A DNA stretch of 53,391 nucleotides. Source: a virus (taxonomy: Duplodnaviria > Caudoviricetes). The stretch lies in the IMG/VR virus record IMGVR_UViG_3300047409_000788, positions 1 to 53,391 of that record. One strand, given 5' to 3'. Every line of letters begins with the position of its first letter. Positions within the stretch are counted from its first letter, which is position 1. The notes below the pieces were generated by a model, which saw only the letters and a program-made list of their open reading frames with translations, had not been told where the DNA came from and did not search any database. This document shows positions 9,547 through 20,000 of the stretch, piece by piece. The translations under genes were made by a program, and so were the position numbers.

Positions 9547-10119
9547 TTACGGCACAAACTCCAGTAGCGTGACGCCCTCGTGACTATACAGGTGCTCGGC
9601 CAGGTTGCTGGCCGAGAACAGCACCTCCCCCTTGAGCGCAAACGTCACCTTAAAGACACACCGATACGTGGCCGTGAGGGACCCCACCAGGGGGGAGGGA
9701 AGGGTAATCTGCCCCGCCGCGCCATCGATCCCCGGCGTGGGGACCACCAACACCGTATTGCAGTAGACCTGTAAATCCCCCGTAATATAGCGATTAGGCA
9801 GCAAAAACTCGGTCTGCACGCCATCGCCATACCCCACATAAAGGGGGGTACTGATCGTCCCCGCTTCGCCGCCGTCCCAAAAGAATGGGGTATCCCCTTG
9901 CACAAAGGTGACAAACCCAAACAGGGTATCCATGCGGGCTTTATCCGCCTGTGCGTCCCGCAAGGTAAAGCGGGAGAGGGGGCGCCGATACTGGCGCCGG
10001 AACTGGCTGGCGCCGGCCCCGAGGGGCGTCGCGAGGTGGGGCGCAATGAGTTCCTGGGTAACCGGGTAATGGGGCGTAAACCCTAGTTGAATTTCGGGAC
10101 TGACATCAAAGTAGGGCAT
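9547..10119 (-). CDS. Distal tail protein (DUF2460-like)
   Basis: QG..PFFWD and GYGDGVQTEFLL motifs typical of DUF2460/GTA distal tail proteins. Confidence 0.7.
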   Translation of the reverse strand: MPYFDVSPEIQLGFTPHYPVTQELIAPHLATPLGAGASQFRRQYRRPLSRFTLRDAQADKARMDTLFGFVTFVQGDTPFFWDGGEAGTISTPLYVGYGDGVQTEFLLPNRYITGDLQVYCNTVLVVPTPGIDGAAGQITLPSPLVGSLTATYRCVFKVTFALKGEVLFSASNLAEHLYSHEGVTLLEFVP

Positions 10120-10161
10120 AGGCGCATTTCCTTACAAGAAAATCTTGTCGCCACGGCCGCG

Positions 10162-11883
10162 TCAATTCTGCGCTTTGAAGCAGCGGAAGACGTCCACAAT
10201 TTTGATCGCCTGCGCCCCCGTGCCACTGCCGGCACACGTATTATCCGCTCCACTGGCGACGGTGCAATCGGCACAATACATCGAGGAGCCTGCCGCGCCA
10301 AACGAGACGAGCGTGCTAAACAGCACGGGGCCACCGAGGAACATGGCGCTTTTGTTGAAGTAGGGATAGGTGACGCCAGATACCCAGTTGCCACTCACCA
10401 TGCCGCGGAGGTCGGTCACGGCGGGGGTCAGAATCCCTGACGAATTACTCGCATTGTTGCCCGTAATCGTATTGCTGCTGATCATAAAGAGGTTCGGGTT
10501 ATTGCCAAAGCCATCCTCCGCGAGCAGGATGGCGGCACTATTGGCCCGGGTCACGCCGAGCACATTCCCGTTAATCGTAATGTTGCTCAGGGCGCCCGAG
10601 AGAGCAATCAGCGCATTCGTGGTCCCCCCTTGTAAGAGCCCGATTTGATTACTGTTGATGTGAATATTCACGCCCGATTTGTCGGCGGCCCCGGTCTGAA
10701 TGAGAATCGCATACTGGTCCTGGTTTTCCAGGCTATTATTGGCAATGAGCAGATCGGCGAGGGGAAAGGTCGTGGCCGGATGGGCTTCAATCCCATACGC
10801 CAACCCGAGAAACTTATTGCCCAGGACCCGAATGCCATTGGTCTGAATCCCGAGGCCCGTCCCCGTCCCAACACTGCCCCCAAAGACGTTGTGCGCCACG
10901 ACGAGATCCCCGGCATCCGGGTTGCTGAACGTGTGGACGAGCATCCCCACGCCCCGAATATTGGAGAGGTGATTGTCGGTAATGTGGCCATAGATGGAAT
11001 TGAGGAGGCTAAAACACGTATAGTGATGGAGGCACCAGATATTGCTAATCGCCAATTGGACTTGTGCGGCATCCGTCGTCGGGGCGGGCGTACTGGCGAG
11101 CAGCGCCGCGCCTCCCGTTTTGGCGGCGCTGGCGGTCAGGGTCATATCGCGAAAGGTCCAGCGTGCTTTATCGCCCACCACGGCGGTCGTCACCAGCATG
11201 TTTCCAGTGGTACTATAATCAACGAGGAACGTATTGGCGGGACCGGCCCCGACCACCGTCCCCCCGCCTTTGAGCGTGACGGTGCTGTTCAGTCGAAAAC
11301 TCCCGGCCGGAAAGCGCAAGACGGCGGCACAGCAGCCGAGGCCCGGGGACGTCCCGCCTGGGGCGAGATAGGCCATGCTGTCTGCAGCCCGTTGTACGGC
11401 CGGGGTATCATCGGCGGAGAGGTCGCCTACTGTGCCAAACCAACACACATTGAGGTCCATCACCTTGGGCAAGAGGATGGTCCCGGCCCCGGCAAACGCC
11501 CCGCACCCATCAATGAGGATGGTGCCGAGGACGGTCACCGTACTGCCTCCGGCGATCGTCATCGTGGTTCCGGCCGGGAGCCAGAGCGTCAGGGTGGCCG
11601 GGATGGTGAGGTTGCTGGTGATGTCCCACGTCCCCGGCGACAGGACCAGCGTCTTGCGCCCGCTGCCCAGGGCCGTCAACGCTGCTTGCAGTGTGGCGCT
11701 GGTCCGCGCCGTCGGGGTGGCGCCATAGCGAAGCGCCTTGATGACGCCCACGTCGTCTTCCATCACCATAAAGCGGGTTGTCTGGGCAGAAGCGGTGTGG
11801 GCGCCCAGACTCACCAGGAGGCCAAGGATCAGGCCCAGGACACGGAAGTTCCAGCGAGCGCGGCTGCTATGAATACATGACAT
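10162..11883 (-). CDS. Beta-helix tailspike/appendage protein B with signal peptide and Cys-rich C-terminus
   Basis: RBS AGGAG; LGLILGLLVSLGAHTASA-QT; FGTVGDLSADDTPAVQRA (Pectate_lyase_3-like); CADC...C...C end. Confidence 0.7.
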   Translation of the reverse strand: MSCIHSSRARWNFRVLGLILGLLVSLGAHTASAQTTRFMVMEDDVGVIKALRYGATPTARTSATLQAALTALGSGRKTLVLSPGTWDITSNLTIPATLTLWLPAGTTMTIAGGSTVTVLGTILIDGCGAFAGAGTILLPKVMDLNVCWFGTVGDLSADDTPAVQRAADSMAYLAPGGTSPGLGCCAAVLRFPAGSFRLNSTVTLKGGGTVVGAGPANTFLVDYSTTGNMLVTTAVVGDKARWTFRDMTLTASAAKTGGAALLASTPAPTTDAAQVQLAISNIWCLHHYTCFSLLNSIYGHITDNHLSNIRGVGMLVHTFSNPDAGDLVVAHNVFGGSVGTGTGLGIQTNGIRVLGNKFLGLAYGIEAHPATTFPLADLLIANNSLENQDQYAILIQTGAADKSGVNIHINSNQIGLLQGGTTNALIALSGALSNITINGNVLGVTRANSAAILLAEDGFGNNPNLFMISSNTITGNNASNSSGILTPAVTDLRGMVSGNWVSGVTYPYFNKSAMFLGGPVLFSTLVSFGAAGSSMYCADCTVASGADNTCAGSGTGAQAIKIVDVFRCFKAQN

Positions 11884-11894
11884 ATCGAGGACTC

Positions 11895-13598
11895 CTATGG
11901 GCAAAACCAGCCGGCGCCGCCCCGGTGCGCGGGGCGGCCCCCGCCGCCGGCGATACAGGTGGCGTCCGTGCCACTGGTCGGCCCGCAATCGATACACGTC
12001 ACGCGACTGCCAATCGCCGTGGCCAGGGGGCTCGGTAAAGTGGCGAAGGTAAAGAGGCCATCTTTCAGCAACACGCCGGCCACCGTATACGGCGTGGTGA
12101 AGCCATTGATAATATTCTCGGTGACGACCGTCGACCCCACGTCCAGGTTCACCCCCACACTTCCCCCGGACCCACTCAGGAGATTCCCCCCAATATAATT
12201 GAGATAGGGGAGGGTGACGCCGTCCCCAAACCCGTGAATGCCGGTCGAACTCGGCGAGGTGCCAATCACATTCCCCCCGGTAATCATGATGCCGCCCACA
12301 TTGCCCGCGAAGACAATTCCCTGGGTCGCGGACACCTGTGCCGGTGCCAAATTATTGCCACTCACCGTTACATGGTTGACGCCCGTCGGCGCATGCGCCA
12401 CGATATACAGGCTGGCGACCGTATACATGTCGAAGTTGTTATTGACGATGCGAAACTCCGTCAGCGGCACCACGGTACACGAGGGGTGGGGCGTCAGTTG
12501 GAGATTGTAGCCCCAACCGAGGGCCTGATTGTGGGCCACCACGAGGCCCCCGCCGGCCTGATGCCAGATCGCTTTGGAATCCGTGACCGTGGTCTGGGAG
12601 GGGCCGAGGAACACGTTATTTTCAATCTTGCCAATATTCGCATCACAGTTATTATCGGTGTCCACAATCACAATGCCCGCCGCGTCGGCATCATCGGGGG
12701 CAGCAACAATCGTGCTGTTTTGAATGGTTATCCCCGCCGTCCGTCCCAGGAGGATGCCGATGGGTTGATCCCGAATCTGCACCCGCTCAATGGTCAAGGC
12801 CTGGCTGGCGCCGCCGGCCTGATCGACATAAATCCCTGCCCCGGAAATGCGGGCCACGCTGCTCCGGAGGAGCAAATCCGTGAGGACCATCGCCTGGCCT
12901 TGCACGGTCAGCATGTGGCCCGTGGGGGCACTCGTCACGAGCGTGGTGGCACTAAAGGGGCCATAGCCTGCCCCATGGAAAATGCCGCCGCCCGCCCCCA
13001 GGGTAATGGGTGCCGAGAGCAGAAACGTCCCCGCCCGCAACCGAATGCTACTCACCCCCGCACTGTCCACCGCCTTCTGGAGCGCCACGGTCTCATCGGT
13101 GACGCCATCGCCGGTCACGCCAAACCAGCAAGGGTCGACCTCGACGAGCGGGCTGAAGCGGACCTGGCCTAGCCCCGTAAACACATTGCAGCCATCAATA
13201 CGGACCGGCCCCAGAATCGTCAACGTGACGCCCGTATTGATGCTGACGACGGCCCCCGTGGGGAACCAGGGCGTGATGGTTTTCGGCAGGGAGAGATTGC
13301 TGGTAATCGTCCAGGTGGCGGGGGGCAGATACAGCAGGGTGGGCGTACTGCCGAGGGTCGCGAGGGCGCTGGTCAGGGTGGCGGTCGTAAACGCGGTCGG
13401 CGTCACCCCGGAACGCAAGGCGTTATAGGCGCCAATGTGCTCCTGCATCAGGCCATGGGTACTTGTCTGGGCGAGGGGCAGGCTCGGCACGAGGCACCCG
13501 CAGAGTCCAAGCACGGCGGCGAGCAGGCCGCGGCCCAGCTTAGGCCGGCTGGAGGTAGCCTGGCTGGCGATTATAGACCGATACTTCAATGGGTTCAC
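11895..13598 (-). CDS. Beta-helix tailspike/appendage protein C with signal peptide and Cys-rich C-terminus
   Basis: GTG start after GGAGG; LLAAVLGLCGCLVPSLPLA-QT; FGVTGDGVTDETVALQKA; CIDC...C...C end. Confidence 0.7.
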   Translation of the reverse strand: MNPLKYRSIIASQATSSRPKLGRGLLAAVLGLCGCLVPSLPLAQTSTHGLMQEHIGAYNALRSGVTPTAFTTATLTSALATLGSTPTLLYLPPATWTITSNLSLPKTITPWFPTGAVVSINTGVTLTILGPVRIDGCNVFTGLGQVRFSPLVEVDPCWFGVTGDGVTDETVALQKAVDSAGVSSIRLRAGTFLLSAPITLGAGGGIFHGAGYGPFSATTLVTSAPTGHMLTVQGQAMVLTDLLLRSSVARISGAGIYVDQAGGASQALTIERVQIRDQPIGILLGRTAGITIQNSTIVAAPDDADAAGIVIVDTDNNCDANIGKIENNVFLGPSQTTVTDSKAIWHQAGGGLVVAHNQALGWGYNLQLTPHPSCTVVPLTEFRIVNNNFDMYTVASLYIVAHAPTGVNHVTVSGNNLAPAQVSATQGIVFAGNVGGIMITGGNVIGTSPSSTGIHGFGDGVTLPYLNYIGGNLLSGSGGSVGVNLDVGSTVVTENIINGFTTPYTVAGVLLKDGLFTFATLPSPLATAIGSRVTCIDCGPTSGTDATCIAGGGGRPAHRGGAGWFCP

Positions 13599-16500
13599 CC
13601 GGTATATCCTCCAGAAGGGTTCCGGTGAGTTCGAGCACATCGAATTCTTGTTGTTGCGTGCGCACGAGTGCCCGCCATTGCAGATGGGGGCACCGCACAA
13701 TCACGCCCATCCGCCAGGCCGTGGGCACACTGACGAGCGACCGTGAAAGGCCGTAGCCCCCCAGACTATCCATCCACAGGTACCAGGTCTGGCCGTCCGG
13801 ATCGAGCAGGAGGGCCAGTTCCAGTACATGCGGGGTCTCGCCCACAAACGTGGTTGGGGTGAGCACGACCTCCCCCAGCACGTCCACCCCCACGCGGTAC
13901 CGCCAGCCATCGATCGCCTGGAGTTCCAGGCCCAATCCCTGCTGGACCCCGATGCCGGCCGGGGGTGTGGACGCGAGCACGAGTTCCCCCAGCGTATCGA
14001 CGGAGAGATACCAGGGCGTGGCGGCACTATCGAGGACCTGCCACCAACTGGCGTGCGCGGTGCCGGCGGTGAGGAGCGTGGCGGGGGTGGGGGGACTGGT
14101 GGCCAGGGCGAGATCACCGGTGGCCGTGATCCAGAGATACCAGGGCTGGCCGGTGCTGGTTTGCAGGGCACACACCTCGACGGCGCCTGGGATGCCCACA
14201 AAGGTGCTCTGCGCCAGGAACAACTCCCCCTGCGGGGTGACACTGAGCCGGGTCTGCCAGCCATCGAGGCCGAGCAGGAGTTGGCCGGCGCCGACGTCGA
14301 CCCCGGCCCCTGCAGGGCGCACCGGACTGAGGGTCGGCTCCCCCCCCGGGGCGAGGAAGAAATACCACGTGCCGCCCTGGCTATCCGTGAGGTGGTGATA
14401 GCAGGGGAGGGTCGAGGCCGGGGGTGCCGTGATGGTGACGCTATCGAGGGCGTCATGCAGACACTGCCACTCAAAGGCGAGGTGCCGTTGATCGAGATAG
14501 GTGGCGAGGTCCCGGGCTTCGTCCGCAGACCTGACTTGCAACGTCACCGACAGCGTCAGACTTTGGCGCGTGGCATGAAAATTACTGCGCACGTTGCCGC
14601 CGCCCACGCGATACGCGTCGTTGGTGAGGAACTCATTGAGGCCCTGCAGGGCGACGTGGAGCACGCGATTGGAGATGTCCATGGCGGTCGGCCCCAGGGT
14701 GCTCGTGCCTTGGACGGGTGGCCCCAGGACCAGTGGGACCTCCGTGACATCGGCGAGATACAGCCGGGAGTTGCCCCAGCGGAGCCAGGGCTCGTCGAGG
14801 CGGGCCGGAGGCTCCGCCGGAGGGGCTTGACTGAGGACGAGCGTGCCCGCTTCTACCCAAAAATACCACACGCCGTCCGTCCCGTCCCGCAGGGCAAAGG
14901 CTTCCAGCCTGGGGATGCCTTCCACGCTCACTGCGGTGACGGTGATGGTCCCGTTTGAAAGGACCCCGACCTGATAGCGCGTCCCGTCATTGGCCAGGAG
15001 GCGGACCCCGGCCCCCACGGCCAGGGTGCTCCCGAACGCGGGGACCGTCCCGAGCACGACCCCGCCGCTCCCATCGGGAGAGAGATACCAGGGCTGGCCC
15101 AGTTCGTCCGTGATGCGGTGGGAGGTCGGGGGCAGGCCGCTGGTCACGACCGTGACGTCCCGGAGCGTGGGCACGGTGGCGATGTGGGCCCCGGAGCCGA
15201 CGAGCCCACACCGCAGTTGGAGATAGGCCCCATTACTTTCCAGGGTGCATTCCTCCGCCTTGACGCCCGGATAGATCGTGTAGAGGTTGTGCTGATGGCC
15301 GAGTTGTGCACTAATACTCGGGAGCTGCGTCGGGGGGGCGAGCCGGAGGGTATGCCGGTAGGCCGTGAGGAGCGGCTGTTGTTCGGAGGTCACCTGGCCC
15401 AGCATCAGGCCGAACAGCCCGGCAATCGTGTGGGGCGTCGTGCGCGGTTGGGTCAGGGCCAGCCGCATGCTGGCCCTGGTGCGCTGTTGACTGGAGGCCA
15501 GTCGATACCCCACCCGCGTGAGGTCATTCCCCACGACCGTGTCATCCCAGCGCTCGTGCACGCTGTCGTCATCGATCGCCGTCATCACGGTGGAGGTCAC
15601 GACGGTCCATTCTGCCACGGGCTCGCCATACGTTGGCTCCCGCCGTTGGAGGGTCAACAGGAGTTCATCCGCCCAGTGGCGCTCTTCCAGCGGCCGGGGG
15701 GCGGGGGGCGGGGGAACGACCACGGGAAGTAACAAGACGGCCATGCCGAGGGCCGTGTCCTGTTCCATGCCCACCGCGACCAACCGGGCGAGGGCCGTCC
15801 CCGCCAGGCCCTGGGCCGTGTTGGTACTCAGGACCTGCGTGAGGGCCTGGGTAATCAGCCGGCGGAGGATGTTTTGGGCCGTCTCGCTGGCGGTGCTCTG
15901 GGCGACCAGCCGTCGCAGGGGGCTCCAGACGACCGCTTGCGCCGTCTCGGTGGCGGAGGCCTGGGGCAGGGTCACATTCCCAATGGCGGGGCGTACGACG
16001 GCCAGGGCGGTGGCGGTTTCGGTCGGCGGCGTCAGGAGCAGGACATAGCCGCCGCCTGTGGGCGCCGTCAGGCTCAGCGTCAGTTGGCCATCTTCGATCC
16101 ACAGATACCAGTCCTGGTCGCTACTATCGCGCACCACACAGAATGTCAGGAGGTTCGCCGCCGCTGTCCCCACTACGGTGAGTTCGATGCTGCCTGTGCT
16201 GCTGACCCCCAGCCGATACTGGGTACCATCCACGGCTTGCAGCATCAGGCCGGTGCCCACATCAATGGTCGTGCCCCCGGGCGAGACCGGGGCGAGTGTC
16301 ACGCCGCCGAGGCCATCGGGGTAGAGGTACCACCCGACGCCCAGATCATCGGTGAGGCGCTGGGAATGCGGGGTGGTGCCCACGGGGATCAGTTGCGCGA
16401 CGGCGAGGGCGGTCCCCGTGTCGGTCACCTGGGTCACCAGCCGGGCCAGTGGCGCCCAGGTGAGGGCCTGGGCGGTCTGGAGACTGGTCACCTGGGCCAG

Positions 16501-17025
16501 GATATCGCTGAGGAGGTGCCGGCCGATGGTGTTGGCGGTCTCGGTGTCGGTGACCTGGGTCACGAGGCGGCTGCGGGGCGCCACAAAGATGCCCTGGGCC
16601 GTGTCCGTCTCGGTCACCTGGCCCGTGTCCCGGACCGTACGGCTGACCGTGCGGGCGGCATCCGTCTCTTGGAGCAGCGTCACGAGGCGAATGAGGGGGA
16701 CGCGGCGGATCGGCTGCGCCAGCTCGGTCGTCGGGGTTTGTGTGGCCAGGCGCAGGAGCGTCAGGCTGACGGGCTGTGCCGTCTCCGGGGTCAGCGGCGC
16801 TGTGACGAGGCGGCTGCGGGGCGCAACACTGACGGTCTGGCTCGTGGCGGTCTCGGTGGGGGCGGTGACCGCCACGACGGCCAGGGGGAATTGCAGGGAC
16901 TGCGGGCTGTCGGTTTCCAGGGGGAAGGCGAGGGCCGCCGTATGCGGCGCTGGCGCGGCGGAGAACGGGACCCACCGGGTCAGGCGCCGCGGCGGCCGGC
17001 GCATGGCTTGGAGAATGACAGGCAT
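13540..17025 (-). CDS. Large tail-tube paralog with TETAQ repeats and four ~105-aa repeat domains
   Basis: Three blocks align by eye to the tube protein at 21348-22454 (e.g. LPSISAQ..YPGVKAE vs LPSIGVQ..YTGVKAE; YRVGGGNVRS vs YRPGGGDVRS). Confidence 0.75.
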   Translation of the reverse strand: MPVILQAMRRPPRRLTRWVPFSAAPAPHTAALAFPLETDSPQSLQFPLAVVAVTAPTETATSQTVSVAPRSRLVTAPLTPETAQPVSLTLLRLATQTPTTELAQPIRRVPLIRLVTLLQETDAARTVSRTVRDTGQVTETDTAQGIFVAPRSRLVTQVTDTETANTIGRHLLSDILAQVTSLQTAQALTWAPLARLVTQVTDTGTALAVAQLIPVGTTPHSQRLTDDLGVGWYLYPDGLGGVTLAPVSPGGTTIDVGTGLMLQAVDGTQYRLGVSSTGSIELTVVGTAAANLLTFCVVRDSSDQDWYLWIEDGQLTLSLTAPTGGGYVLLLTPPTETATALAVVRPAIGNVTLPQASATETAQAVVWSPLRRLVAQSTASETAQNILRRLITQALTQVLSTNTAQGLAGTALARLVAVGMEQDTALGMAVLLLPVVVPPPPAPRPLEERHWADELLLTLQRREPTYGEPVAEWTVVTSTVMTAIDDDSVHERWDDTVVGNDLTRVGYRLASSQQRTRASMRLALTQPRTTPHTIAGLFGLMLGQVTSEQQPLLTAYRHTLRLAPPTQLPSISAQLGHQHNLYTIYPGVKAEECTLESNGAYLQLRCGLVGSGAHIATVPTLRDVTVVTSGLPPTSHRITDELGQPWYLSPDGSGGVVLGTVPAFGSTLAVGAGVRLLANDGTRYQVGVLSNGTITVTAVSVEGIPRLEAFALRDGTDGVWYFWVEAGTLVLSQAPPAEPPARLDEPWLRWGNSRLYLADVTEVPLVLGPPVQGTSTLGPTAMDISNRVLHVALQGLNEFLTNDAYRVGGGNVRSNFHATRQSLTLSVTLQVRSADEARDLATYLDQRHLAFEWQCLHDALDSVTITAPPASTLPCYHHLTDSQGGTWYFFLAPGGEPTLSPVRPAGAGVDVGAGQLLLGLDGWQTRLSVTPQGELFLAQSTFVGIPGAVEVCALQTSTGQPWYLWITATGDLALATSPPTPATLLTAGTAHASWWQVLDSAATPWYLSVDTLGELVLASTPPAGIGVQQGLGLELQAIDGWRYRVGVDVLGEVVLTPTTFVGETPHVLELALLLDPDGQTWYLWMDSLGGYGLSRSLVSVPTAWRMGVIVRCPHLQWRALVRTQQQEFDVLELTGTLLEDIPGEPIEVSVYNRQPGYLQPA

Positions 17026-17076
17026 ACGGGTACGGCTTCCCTAGGAAGAGTGCGCGCCGCCGTCCTGGCCGGGCTA

Positions 17077-20000
17077 TCACCCGGCTTTGAACGTCCTTCT
17101 TATGGGTCCATTCGATCTATAATCATCGATAATATGCTTAATGATCTCACGCTTGCCCGTCTTCAGTTGTGATGGGGGCAGGGCGTTACTGTAGTCATTA
17201 TGAATTTCTATCACGATGGGTGGTTGCGGCTGGGCTTGTGACCCCCGCATGTCCACGGGGATGCTCCGTCCCCCACTTAAAGGCACCACCGCCTCCGGTG
17301 TCCCCAGCTCTGCGAGCGTTGCCAGACTCGGCCTCTGCACAATCCCCCCGCCGGCGAGGTGGAGGATGCTACCAAAGCCATGAGGCGCCACGCCGCCGGC
17401 GGCAAACATCGCCTCGAACCCAGGGGCGGCGGTACTCGCCGGACTCCCCCCGAGGGCCGACAGCCCCACGCCGACTACCCCCCGGGCCAGGACGCCTTCC
17501 CAGCCGCCTTGCTCATTCGTCGTGCCCGTCGCCGCGTTCAGGAGCATATTCATGATTTGCGAGGTCAGTTGCGCGAACATCTTTTGCAGGGACTGGACCA
17601 CGACCTGCCCGAGCTGTCTAAAACTGGTCACGCCCCCGGTAAAGACCTGCTCCCACAGGCTATCAAACGTCTGGCGTAGGTTGCCGGCGAGGCGCTTGGC
17701 GATCTGCTCCATTTCTTTTTCTTGGGCGAGCGTTTTACTGCGGGCGGTAATCGCCCCGAGTAGGGCGTCTTCCTGTGGCCCGATCTGCACGCCTTGGCGG
17801 GCGGCGAGTGCCCGCAATTGGGTTTCGACTTTCTCGGCATGGGGCGCATTCAGGACGGCCAGCGTGTCGCGGAGTTTCGCGGTATAGTCGGCCTGGGCTT
17901 GCTCGGCGGCGCGGGTGGCATCGGCGGTTTGCTTGAGGGCGACAAACCGTTCATCGAGCGCCTCCACCTCGGCCTTGTACGCTTCCCGCGTCCTGGCTAA
18001 GCCCAGCACGGTCTCGGCGGCTTGTTGAATGGCCTCGTTCTGCGGGAATCGGGCTTGGAGCACGGCGGCGGTGTCCTGGTCCCGGGCCTCTTTGGTCTGC
18101 GTATAGCCGGCAATGAGGCGTTGTAAGGCGGCCGCGGCTTGGTCCGTGGCCCGTATCTCTTCATCGATGGCCTGGAGATGGGCGCGCCCAGTCGCCATCG
18201 TCTGCGCGAGGGTCTCCCGATCGGGTTTCCCCGCGTCCACGGCGGCCCGGAGCTGGGCTTCTTGCCCCGTCGCCTGCCCCAGCACGCCGCTGACGGACGA
18301 GGGGAGGCGGGCCAGGACCTCCCGCGCAAAGGTGGCATTTTCCCCCGCTGCTTGGGGAATCCCCCCGCCCCGGGGCCCGGCGTTATAGGCCGTGAGGGCT
18401 TTGTTCACATCCCCGCTAAACTGCTTCAGGAGATCGGCGAGATAGTTGACGGTCGCCCGGATATTGCTTTCGGGGTCGAATTCCCGGCCCGTAATCCCAT
18501 ATTGGGCCGCCGTCCCGGGCATGAACTGGCCGAGCCCTTTGGCGCCTTGTCGCGACACGGCTTGGGGATTATTCCCCGACTCCTGGGTAATCAGGGCCTC
18601 CACCAGGGCCGGATCGAGGCCACGCTCTGCCGCCAGCGGGCCAATCATGGCCCGGAAGGGGGAGATCGCGCCACTGGGGGGATTCACCTGGGCGCGGCGC
18701 AAGGCCTCGGGGATTTTCTCAAACTCCTCCCGGATGGCCTTGAGTGTCTCTTGCCAGGACTTGAGCTTGTCTTCGGCCGTGGTGAGCGAGGGGAGAAAGG
18801 TGGCATTCAGGTCAATGTCGACAAGCTTTTTCTGACCTTCGACCATTAATTGCTGAATGGTCGCCAGGTGGGACGCGAGCGGTCCTGGTGCCGGCATGCC
18901 CACGCTCGGCGGTTCCAGCCCGTGATCTTGGAAATCCTTAATCGCCTTCTCTTGCTCTTGGAGCAGCCCGCGGATACGTTGGCGCATGGCCTCCCGGTCC
19001 GTCTCGCGCAGGGGGCCACCGAGGTCGGGGATCTCTGCCATTTGGGCGAGGGCAGAGGGATTGAGCTGCGCTTGAAGTTGCGCGATTTCCCGCTGGCGCC
19101 GCTGAATATCCGGCGCTAGCCCTTGCAGATTCCCGGGGAGGGCTGGGAGCGGCCCGCCCGCGTCGCGCTGCCGCGCCTCCGTCGCTTGCCGCCCCGCTTC
19201 CAGGGCTTTGGCCGCCGCCGCCGTGATGGCGGTCACGGCTTCGAGGACCCCCGACTCGGCAATCCGGTTTTTGAGGAGCACCACCTCATTGCCCAGGCGG
19301 GCAAAGGCCGTCGTGGCCTGGACGCCAATATTCTCTGCAATCCCACTCGACATCCGCCGCATTTCTTCCGCCACGGCGGGCAAGCTCTCCGTCGCCAGGA
19401 GGGTGCCTGATTTGGTCATCTCCGCGAGCCCGGCGGTCGTAGTCCCGAGGGCATGGGCAAAGGCTTCCATGGAGCCCGGCATCGCCATGCTCAATTGCCG
19501 CAGTTCCCGCATGTTGATGACATTCGTCTGCATCATGCGATCGAGGGCAAAAAAGACGCGCGTCAGATCGGCGCCCTGGATGCCTAAGCCGCGGGCGGCG
19601 GTGGCAAAGCCTGTAAAAATATCGCGGGCGGCCTGGCCTTCCAGGACGGTGCCTTTCGCCGCCGCTTCAAAATTGCGAAAGGTCGTCGCCGTCGAGAGGA
19701 GTTCCAGGCCCAGGCGTTGCGACTCGCGCACGATAAAGCCAAAGGCGGCGGCCCCATTTTCGGTGGACTGATGCAACCCGGTAAACGCCAGTTGTAACCC
19801 TTGGATTTTGGCGCCGACCTCCACCACACTCGTGCCAAACGCGATCACGCTCCGGAGCGCCCCTTCCAGAGACGTGACCAACCCGAGGGCGCCGCCGATG
19901 CTCAGGAATTGCTGCCAGGCGGCACTCCACGCCTGGGTCGCCGCCGTGGCGTGCTGTTGCGCCTGCTGGTGGGCGATGAGGGCCGCATTGGCCTGGACAT

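Noticed and set aside
1363-13598. Diversity-generating retroelement or invertible shufflon acting on the spike genes
   Set aside because: No reverse transcriptase, invertase, TR/VR pair or crossover repeats seen
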